From: a virus
DNA length: 64,000 nucleotides
IMG/VR virus record: IMGVR_UViG_3300025897_000012
Location: 1 to 64,000 of that record
Strand: one strand, 5' to 3'
Position 1 is the stretch's first letter; each line of letters starts with the position of its first letter. The position numbers and the translations under genes were made by a program. Shown here in pieces: positions 48,701-60,700 of this stretch. The notes beneath the pieces were generated by a model, which did not search any database, was not told the origin of the DNA, and saw only the letters and a list, made by a program, of their open reading frames with translations.

Positions 48701-51700
48701 GTTTTTAAGTCCATTGGAAAGATTAAATCAAATACATAAGAACTACCTGATCCAACAAATGTCTGCGATTCACTTAGTTTAGTTACTACAAATTTTCCTA
48801 TAACTCTGTCAAACTTAACAGTAGTGTGCATTCCTCTAACTAACCCGTCACCTAATATTGCAACTAATTTTGCAGGTTTTCCGCCTTCTCTAATTGAACC
48901 ATTTATTTCTACTACTGGAGGATTTAAATAACCAGTTCCTTTATTAGTAACTTCAATAGAAGCTATCTTGCCGCCTTGACCTAATCTTGCAATAGCAGTA
49001 GCGCCTGTGCCAGTTTCCGATGTACTTAAATCTTGTCCAACAAAATTAATTTCTGGCGGCTGTGTATATCCACTTCCAGCATCTGCTATTTCTACACGAT
49101 TAATTTTATAAGATAAATTATCTACCCAATTTTTATTTGGATATGTTGTAAGGTCTGCATCAGTTCCTACAATAGCATTGTCAATAACTTTAACAGATAA
49201 TGGCGTAATTGATTTTGTTTCATTATCCCATCTTGGAGGCAAATCAAAATCTGTAACTAAGTTAGCAGATACATTAAGTTGATTATAATCACTAATATAT
49301 TCACGTAATTTAGATTTAAACGGTTTTACCTCTTTTAGGTATTCTTCGTAACTAGGTAAGTTATCATTTTGGAAAGTTATCTTTTTACTTAGATCACCTA
49401 CATTGTGTCTTGCTTTAATAAAGCTAGTTTTAAATGCCCAATCTACTAAACTTTGTTCAGTAAAGACATACTTTAAACTTGATAAAAATAAATTATTGTA
49501 TTCTACTGCTAGTTCATCAACGAATAAGTTATCTCTTAACGCCTCAAGAATAATCCTTGTTTCTTTAACCGGCTGTACATCGTAAACTTTAATATCATAA
49601 CTTGCACTATCAAAGCCTGAACCAACACTGGTGTTAAACAGTGAAGGAAGGAATTTAATTGTTCCGTTTTGTCTACCAACTGTTTTATAATTTATTGTGT
49701 AATCAATTGAATCAGCATTATCAATTTTTTCTAATAGTAGCCAACCGCCTGAACCAACATTTGCTATTTTAACTATATCTCCTGTACTATCATCTAACGA
49801 TTCTAATTGATAACTTGAATCAATTAAATAATTAATATCAGTAAATTCGTTATATCCTGTATCGTACCAATCTATATAATTCCAAAATAAAGATACATCA
49901 AACACTTGGCTAAGTTTTCTTACCCATAAAGTATTGTTTATATTTCTTTCGTAAACTGACCATTTACCTGATAGCGTACTATCACTTTTTACAAGAACTG
50001 CAAAAGGCCTAACACTTAAAGTTGTTAAAGTTGAACTATATCCGCTTCCTTGACTATTAACTGTTGCTGAGGTAACCGTGCCAACACTATTAATTGTTAA
50101 TGTGATATCTGCAGCTGTTTCGTATCTCCCATTAATAATAACTTTAGGAATAACTTTATAACCTCTACCAGGGTCTGTAATAGTAACCCTAACTATTTTT
50201 CCATCAATTATTACTGGCGTTAATACTGCTTGTTTAACTTTTGCAGTACCTACAAATTCTAAATCTTCAAAAGTATCTACAACTAAATCATATGTATTGT
50301 TTGAAGCAGGCGGTATTTCTTGTTTTGAAAGTAAAGGCGTAATAATTTTATCGTCAACAATTAAGTTTTCTTTTAAGACTCCGTTAACTCTATCTATAAC
50401 TTGCTTTAATGCTTCTGTTCTATTAACAAACCAACTTTGTCTTGGATCATTAAGAATGCCATATTTTTCTTTAGCTGATAAATTTGGATCAGGAACTATT
50501 CTACCTGCATCGTCATATCCAATTAAACTATCAAACCATTTGCGTTCTATATCTGCATTTGGTTTACTTGTATCTAAGCCTGCTGTATATAATTGATATT
50601 GATTATGAATATTAATATCTTGATTTTCAATAGTCCAGTATTGTATGCTAAGAGCAACTTCTTTATCTTTAAGAAGACTTTCACAATTATGTAAAACAAA
50701 ACTTGTAGGACTTATGAAGTTAATAAATCTATATCCCATGCCTGCAGGATCATCTATGTACCGTGCAACATTAAATGAACTTAGTTTTCTTGATTCAATA
50801 TTAGGTGCGGTAATTTTTCCTTTAACCCAGTAAAAATATTTGTTTGAAAATGTTTGTGCTATATCATCGTATACTCTTTTAGTTGAATAAATTGTATCAT
50901 CATATTTTGTTGTACCAGAGATGCCTTCAGTTACTCCTTCAGTAGTTGCTGCTGTTGCATTCCATTCTGATGGTAATAATGTAGTTTCAATCCATTCGTA
51001 TACGTCTATACTATTTCCTGTAAATTGTGTGTTCCAATTATTAACACTAAAAATAGTATTATTTTGATAAGCATTTAAAAATTTAGCTGTTGATAAATCC
51101 CACCAAAGTTCGCCAACTTGCTCTTGTCCCCAAACTTCTGATTTGTTAGTGTTTACATCTGAAGTTCCAACTGTGTATACTGCTGGATCATAATGCAACT
51201 TATATGAAAGTTCTTGTTCAGCTATACCAGGAATTTTTCCTTGTATAGGATCTAAGTAATCTATATAACTAATTAACTTATTTTCTTTTGTATTATACAA
51301 TAACACTTTTTTAATTTTTGCTACATCAACAGTATCTTTAGGTAATGAATAAGTTGACCAAATATTCTTGTTAGTATCTTTTCTAAAATCTATTACTGCA
51401 CCGTTTTCGCCTTCAAAAACTGTATGTTTTGGTAGTCCTACATATACATGACTATTGTTTGTATATAAATTTAAACCAAAGTCCCTAATACTATTATTAG
51501 GATTAGTATTTGCTACAGCTTGTGTAGAGTCTGCTAGTTCGTTATAAGCAATAGTTTGCCCGTAAACTAAATTTCCATCAATATTCTCATAAAGATAAAC
51601 AACTCCAGTATCTATAAACTTCTTAGCAAAAGTAGTAAAGTTATTATCCCAAGTTGTTTGTGGTATACCATTTAAAGAATCAAATGTTGTCTTAGAATCT

Positions 51701-54700
51701 GAATCTCCATTTTTTGCTGTAATAGCTAGTACATTATTATCAAACGAAAGTTTAGTACCAAATAATTCTACCTTTTCGTTTCCTCTACTGAATAATGTTT
51801 GTGATAATTCAAATAATCCAGTAGTTGTATTTTTCTTCATTACAAATACTCGACCTTGATCAAGTTGTATACGTGACGGGTCAGCTTCACTACGTTGTGT
51901 TTCTGCAAAAGGTTCACTTATTGCAATCATAGTACCGTCATTGTTGATAGCTATAGCTTCGCCCCATAGCGTCTTATTAATTGACCAAATATCATCAGCA
52001 TCAGTTGCAGTAGAGAAGCTGGTCTCTAGTATACTTTGAACTCTTTGATAATTTCCATTCTTATTTCTGTATACAACTACTTGATTGTCTGTTTCTGTTA
52101 AGTATTTGGCGACTCCTATAAGTACTTCACCATCATCAGAAACATCTACTTTACTAAAGTTATATATTCCTTCTTGGTCTTGAACTGTACTAGGATCAGC
52201 ACTATCAAATATTGGTAGTATTTCTGTATTATTTGGTACATAACCTAAATAATCTATAGGCTGTGTTTGTTGTGTCCAGTTTGCTCCATTAAATATTCCT
52301 GGAGATAAGTTTGTATTAGCTTTATAAATGCCTCTGTCAAGGTAAATTATATCATTAGTCTGATAACTTACTAATGAAGAATATGTTCCTTGGAAATTTT
52401 TATCTTTAGCTAGTTCCCAATCCCAGACATTGCTATCAGCATCTGTTCCATGCTTTATAAAATAAGTTCGCCCTGGCAAGAAAGTACTGTCATCTAACCT
52501 TTTGTCTAATCTCTTAAAATCACCACGTCGTGAATAACTTTCGCCTGCATGTATAAACAATCTATATAAATCATTTTTCTTTGCACTTTTTATTTCAGAT
52601 CCTAAGTAAAAGTCTTCTATTGCTTCTGGTACAATATAACTATTTAAAAGACCAAATCGATTAGTAGTACCTGTACCAAAGACCGAATACATTCCTTGAT
52701 TTTCATAATCACTTGCTGTTGCTCCGTCTACAGCCGGAATACTATAAACATTTATCCAATCGTTATTTCCTGCTGAAGGTAAATTAGCTACAACAGGCAC
52801 ACCTGAAACTACGTTTGCTTCATAGAACCAATATTCAGTATCAGTCATTACAGATGTTGTAGGTAATAAAATATCAGCTCCTGAATCAACTACTATTAAT
52901 TTTCCAATTCCTTCAGAAGCTAGTCCTAATGATTTTGCTTGTACTTCGCCCATCACACGATCAACTTGATATATTGGACTAGGATCTGTTGGTGTTCCTA
53001 AAAATTCTATTTCAGCATTATTATTAAACAAAGATCCGTTTGAGAAATTACCAACTACATCTTTTACAAATATCGTTGCATTTAATGCATCTCTTTGATA
53101 AAAAGTTACTTCTGCTGTTGCTCCTGTAGTTATATCTCTAACAGTATCTCCAACTCTAGGTTCAAAAGGTTCTCCGAATAAGTTAAACTTAGTAAATCCA
53201 AATTTAATATATCCGTCCCATAAGTCATGGACAGTTAATTGTTTGTTAGTTTGTGCATATGATAACCCAATAACAGCAGGGTCGTTGCTAGTACCTGACG
53301 CATACCTTGCTAATGAAGGAATAAACATATTAAAGTTACTGCCATTTGATAACGTATCAGTTAGTGCTTTAGGAGCTCTTAATACAAAGTACGGACTTAG
53401 GAAAGCAGTAGTTGTGCCGCCTGCACCTGGAAGTCCTTGATATGTTAATGTTTCTAAATAACTTGCTAAAGTATCTTGACTTGAAATAGTTGTTGTTTCA
53501 TAGTCTCTTGAATTATAGTAATAATTAGAAGGTGCCGAACTATCAGTAATAGCTTCTTGGTATACTAAACCTTTACCTTGATCTGATGTTGTTGTAAAAA
53601 TATTATATCCGCCCGGAACAGTAATCATAAAATAGCCACCGTAGTAACTACTTACATCTAATGCTTCTGAAGGTGCAGATGTAGTATATTCTCCAACAAA
53701 GTCACCGTTTGAAAGGAACAGACTATCTGTAGAGTCAAAACTACCTGTAACGCTATTAATGTATAATCCAAGGCTTCCGTCAACTTCATAAGAATATGCT
53801 ACTGTACCTGATCCTGTTTGAGTTTGAACTGTATCGCCAATAGCTGGTTGATTTGTAAATGCATTAATATTAAGAATTAAATCAATCTTCATTTGTACTT
53901 GATGTGTACCGCTAAAGAAAGTAGAACTTAATTCTGACATACCGCCTCCTGGAAACGGCTCTTTACTTGTATAAGTTGTTTGCTCTTGATTTGCTATTGT
54001 TTTTGTATTCCACTTTAACTTAATTTCATCATTTATATCAAGGCCAGCGTATTGTAACTTTGGTACTTTAAGTAGCACGTGATCAACATTAATTTCAGTA
54101 AAAGGATACTTACCTGTTAGTATTACATCTACTTGTTCCGAAGCTTGTGTTGTATTACCAATTGATTCAATTTGTTGGACTACGCTACCAAAACTAGTAA
54201 ATTGGATACTAGCAGATTGTGGTACAATTGATGTAGTTGATTTCCATAATTTATTATTATAAGTTACAATATCGTCTTGTACATACGCGATGCTAGGATC
54301 ATAATTTGCTTTATATCTTGTTTTTACGTTACTTGCGTTAGGCGAACCAACAATTAAATATTTTCCATCTTCTGTTAAAGATACAGATGCACCAAATTTC
54401 TGTAAATTAGGCGGAGTTGTTAATATTGTATGCTTTGCAAGATCAAAGTCTTGTCCTGCTATATGTGTTTCTGATACTGTATAAAAATTATTGTTAAACT
54501 GTACTAAATCACCTACAGTATATGTAGCACCTGTATAAAATCTTTTATATGTAAATGTTGTATCTGTTGGAGCTGCAATAACTTGTGATAATACAAAATT
54601 TCCGTTTGACGAACCTCTTGTGTAAATATAAACTTTTCCATCATTTTCGTCTGGTGATCCTACTGCTAATACTGTATTACTTTTATTTGCAGACATAGAT

Positions 54701-57700
54701 ATTGCAAAGGTTTCGTTGGAAATGCTTTGGCCACTACTTAGATCTTGTAATTTTGTAAATGCTTGCGTATTTTCATATACAGTCCATTTACTGTCTTGGC
54801 CTTTATCTACCCAAAATTTTGATTTAATATTTGCTAATTTTTGTGCAATAGTATTTAGATTAATTAACGAGTCTGTTCTAACAGATACAAGTTTACTTAA
54901 CCTTCCTATACATTCATCTATATCTTCAACTTTGTCTGAACTTTCAAATGTAATTTTTTCTAAACTTATAGACTTTACTTTAAAAAATGCACCAACAGCA
55001 GCTTTAGCAGTCTGAGCAGTTGCAAATGAACTATCTGCTGTATCTAGTGTTGTAGAAATTAAATCATAAACTCCAAATATATCTCCTACATTAATATCCT
55101 GCGGAGTTGAATTTAATGATACAGTAAATTCAGTATCACCTCCTGTTACTTTTTCTACTCTTAAATCTGTATCATCATGTCTATATATGTTCCAGGTAAG
55201 TTTATCATTACCTACCCAGATAAGATCACCCCGATTGCAATTTTTAAAATCAATGTTTAAAATTGAATTAAAATCTTCAACAATAAATTTTACATCATCT
55301 GGATTTACATACCCACTATCTTTTGCATATCCATCTTCAGAAGCAATATATTTTTTTGGAAAAGGTGCATGTGTATAATTTTTTGGTTTTAGATAAGTTT
55401 CGAACGGAGGTATTCTATAAACTAAATCTGTTTCTTCACCAGTAACACTCTGTACTAATTCAATAGGCTGAGGTGAAAGTCTAAATTTGCTTTCGTCTAG
55501 TTTAAATTCTACTTCATCATATCCTGCAGAGGCGCCGTACTGGCCTCGTTTAATTGCCCACTCTTCATAAAATTCTAAACTATCTTTATCAGCATTACCT
55601 AAAACATCAAATAACTTAGTAAGAGCATTTTTTGTACCTTTATCTTGAATAAATCCTTGATAAAATTTATACTGACTAACATCGTCGTTAATAATGTTTT
55701 CTAAATACTTACGTTTTTGATAACCAATAAGATGTTGTGCTAACCTTTGTTGCTCGCTATCAAAATTATCGCTGTCTAAATCGTAAAAGTCTGCAAACTG
55801 ATTTGTTTTATATTCAAAGTTAGCAGTTAATCCAGACTTAGGTTTAGAGTCTAATCTTGTCCATTGTGTTGTAATAAATGATTCAGTTCCAGGAATTTTA
55901 CTATTTGCTGTATAAAAGAATTCTTTGTGCTTTACAATATCACCTATAAAGTAATCTTTGTTTGATTCCCAATCTGATATTGTTGCTTGGTCATATACAA
56001 ATCCTTCTATATTTAAACTGCCATCCCAATTTGTTGTTCTATATCCTAAAACTTTTATTCTTTCTTGCCTGTACCCTGGCTCAGGGTCGTATATAATATC
56101 GTTAAATACAGTCTTGTTATCTAATAAAACAACGTGTTCTTTTTGTACACAAGGTAACTTTATAGAAAAGATTCCGTCTGCCGAGCTTTTTGGTCTTAGA
56201 ATAAATTCATTTGGATCTTGTCTATCAACTTGTATAAAATCAGAAGTTAATTTTTGTCCGTCAACTTTAAGTAAGGTATATCCAAAAAATCCGTCAAATA
56301 TATTATCAACAACGCTATAGGTTGTTCTAAATTTTAGTTGATTTGCACCTGGACTTAAACTAATTAAAGTTCCTTCTGCCCAATTATGAAGCGTCCAAAA
56401 AGCAAACTCCTTTGTTGAAGTTTCCCAGTCATCTACTACACTAGCACTTGTTCTAAAATTATCAAATACAAATCCAATAGACTCTAAATACTTTCCATAC
56501 CCTTGAATAAAGTCACATACATCTTGTATTGTTGGAAGTATACTTCCATATGGTAATTCTAAAGGTGCAAATGTTGCAAACTCTCTTCGAAGCGTAATTT
56601 CTCTACCACCATTAACAGGTAGCTTAGGTACACTTGCAAAATTAGATTCATCAAAAGTATCACTAGCTAAATGATTTTTTGTTACTCGATAATATTTTCC
56701 TGAATGTTCTACTATAGCACCTACTGTATAAGTACGCCCTCCTTCAAACTCTAAGAATGGTTCTGAAGTTCCGCCAATAGTTATTACAGGATCTCTATCT
56801 CTTTCAAAATGAGGGAAATATTTAAACGTTGTCGAAGTATCATCATAACCTTTAATTTTATAACCGCTTGCTCTTCTTTCAATTATTAATCCACTATAGG
56901 AAACTGTTTTAATTGGAGAACTTTTGTTAAGAAATATTGAATAATTCTCGTCAGGTACAAATACGTTTCCTTCATTAAGTGGTGTCCTACTATCTAAAAT
57001 AAGTTTAAATTTATTTTTATCTGTATATCCGCCAACTTTAAATCCTATTTGATTAGTAATTGCTTTAATATTTTCTTTATATTCAGTATATGATGTAACA
57101 ACACTAGATGCCATATATCCTGCAATATAATTTACAAGTCCTGATGTAAAAGTTTGTGTGCTATCTAAATGTGTATTAGGAAAAATTATATCTTTTAACT
57201 TAATTTGATTATTTTGTGTTTTATATACTATTTGTTTAGTTAAGTTTCTTACTTGATTAACCCTATCAAATCCTGTAGCTAATACTTTTGAAGGCTGACT
57301 TAGTGTCCAAGCAGTAATTAAGCTAAATGGATACTCACTACTTCTTCTCCATGCTGTTTCAACTGGTGCTTCGTCTCCAAATACAAACGAATCTGTTAAT
57401 TTAGATGAATCAAAACTCTGTGCATATCCTGAATCGTTTGGACTTAATAATTGTCCGTTTTCATTAACAGGTAAATGTGTCAATAATCCTGGTCTTTTAT
57501 ATTTGTTTAAAATTTTTATTTTTTTGTTAGGCTGTCTTACAACACCATTTTGTAAATCAGTCCATAAAACTAAGTTATCTCTTGTATAAGGTGCCGGTCC
57601 ATATTGTTTTTCCCACCAATCTGGTTTTATACTAAAACCTAACATTTCCCAAGGATGAGTATGCGGCCTGTCTGTATCATATGCTTCTCTATAAGCTGCT

Positions 57701-60700
57701 CTCCAAAATCCTGGTAATGAAACACCATTAGGAGATACTGCTGAAGAATAATTAAACGTCCAAGAATTTGTTCTATTATGAAAATCGTTTAATGTATAAT
57801 CTTTGTCTACTAACTTTGACCATTGTATAAAGTCTGAAAGCATTGGGCTATCTATTTCTGATTTATTAAAATCAGTTTTTCTAAATTCGCCGCCTTGAAA
57901 ATCATGAATATCAAATAAATCAGTATCATAGGCTACTTTAATATTATTAAAGATTCTTAGTTCTAATTCTAATAAAAGTTCATCTCTATAATCTTTAAAA
58001 GCTACAATTTTACTTCCGTCGTGTCCTTGTATTATAGGAGTGCCTTCTATCCATTCGTTAATATTTCTTTCTGAATCAGTAGTTCCATGATTGGATCCAG
58101 TGTTTGGCATATAAAATGTTCTATTAAGTCCTACAAAGGTATGTATATGAGAAACACCTGATCCGCCTAGTTCTATATCTTTAGCTTGGGCTTCTGATTG
58201 TGTAGCGTATAACGGATAAAACCATCCTAGTTTACCGGCACCTTTCTGATTAGGTCCTGCTGTTCCGTAAAATTTATATTCACCGGAAGGTGATTGTGGA
58301 GCTTCACTTTGTGTAGTATTATCAATATATAATTCTGGTTGGTAGCTAGGGTATAATCCTAACTTTGTAGGAGTTGGTGGAACATAACTTCCATTAGTTG
58401 TTTCGTATTCGTATATATCAAGTAGATCATCTTTTGCTTTAGTTGCGGTAACCCTACAAAAACCTTCACTATTAAACGTATAATCTTTATTATGTATTAA
58501 TTGTTTTCCGTTTAGATACACTTGTACTGCATCTCTACTAGCAGTACTTAAACTAAAAGTTTTAGATAGTAAAAAATACTCTTGTGTATTATCATCTACT
58601 TTGTGCGTAGTTTTATTAAAAGATCCTTGTGGAATCATGTCTGAGAAATAATACGGCATTGAGTTAATTTTATCTTTATTAAGATCGGCCATTATTTTAT
58701 CAACATGATCTTTAGTTGGGCCTTCCCATCCTAAGTCGTGTGCAACTTGTAAGAACATTCTTTTAAATTTACTATACTCTCTTCTTGCAAAACGCATTGA
58801 TGATATTAAATTTGAATCTTTATCTAACAAACTATACATTGCTAAATTTAACGGTGAACTATGTTTTACAAACCTGTTACCAAACCTAGTTACATCACCT
58901 AAATCTCTTAAGTTACTACTTCCAGGAAATTTTCCTGTAAAGTCTGATAAGTCTTCTACAATACTAGATACATGATTGTTTACTTCACCTACCGTAAATT
59001 CATTAAGATTATTATTAAGAGGATTTCTTTCTAAGTTACTAGGAAACTCATAAAACCCGTTATCATTCTTTAGTGCAATTGAGTTTGTTTTTAAAACAAC
59101 TGTATCTCCAATAGTTAACCCATTTGCTGATGTAAATGCTGGTTTTAAAAATGTAACTGTAGTTGCATTATTTGGTGACGTTCCTAATGTGTAATCTACA
59201 TCTTTTAATTTAAGTTGATTATTTAAGAATACTGTTAAGTTTAAATCTGCAAGCGAAGCACTATTTTCATAAACATCTACTTCAAATGTTGACGTAGAAT
59301 TGTCAAAAACATATTGTCTTGAAACTAGTTGTTTACTATCGGTAGGTGCTTTTGTCCATGCATTTTCATTAGTATACGATGCTATAGCAGAGTACTTTTG
59401 AAGGAATCCTATATCAGTATTTTTATAATATAATTGACTTCCAATTAAATATTCAAAATACTCTGTAAGTAAATCAAATTTAAAAGTAATATCACCTACG
59501 TTAGTAATTGTTCTATACGATAGAACAAGTCCAACTTCACTATCTGCTGTGCCTATAGTGCCTTCTTTGTAACTAAAAATTTTGTTACCTTTAAAGGTTG
59601 ATGAATTGTATACTGTTATGTCGCTAAAACTCTTATTGTTTTCGTCAAACAGATCAAACAAGGGTGCTTGGTTTACGCTTGTTTTAGTTTGTGCTTGTTT
59701 CCATTCTGTACCATTGTAATAATACATTAACCCTTTATAAGCAGTACCTTGACTTACTAAAACAACTTCATTTGTTATAGGTTTAGAATCTGTTACTTCG
59801 ATTAATGAAATTTGTTTTATATTTTGGTTTACTTCAATTTCAGGGCCATCAAATTTAAAAAACTTAACTTGAAAAATTCTTCCGTTTACTAAAGGATCTG
59901 GATCTGCTGTAAATAGTATTCTCATACCGTCAATTAAATCTACGCCATCAATGTTATATCCTGTACTACCTTCAATGGTAGAAAACACATCTTTTGTGTG
60001 TGTATCTAAAAGATTTACATTAGCTTTAGTTTGAGTACCAAAGTTAAATAACTTTAATCCTTTGTTAAATTCAATAATTGGTCTTTTTGCTCTAGCAGAC
60101 TCGTCAATACTAACCGGTTGATCATTTAGCGTTGCACTTTGTTCAATAACAGATTTATGGAACCATCTATTATATCTACTCCATAAGTTTCCGTCGTTAG
60201 CTGAACGATTTATAAGCATGTAATCTCTTACTGTAGGATAACCTATAGCAGTATCAAACGGCTGTCTATCAAAGCCTTGTTTATCAAAGTCTACATCTAC
60301 ATCAGCTACAAATGCACTAGGTACTGTTAATTCGTCTTCATTAATTAAAACAATTTTATCACCAACACCTTCAACATAATATTCTCCTTCAGCGTATTTT
60401 GCAGGTGTTACTTCTCCAATAAATTTAATCTTCATTCCATTACTAAGATCAAATCCGGCGCCTGTTGTATATGTTTTTTTACCTAATACTTCTGCATCAA
60501 TATCAATAGCTGAGGATTCTTCAATATTTGCAACTTTTATTAACCCTGCTGCTTCTATGTCATTGTCAGCTACATAATATAATATATTAGGTGTAGTATC
60601 AGTTGGTGTAAATGTAATTACACCTTCTTCTGTACCTTGATTATCAATTAAATTATTAGTAGCAGATAACATATCTGCTTCATTTAGACTACGTTTTGTT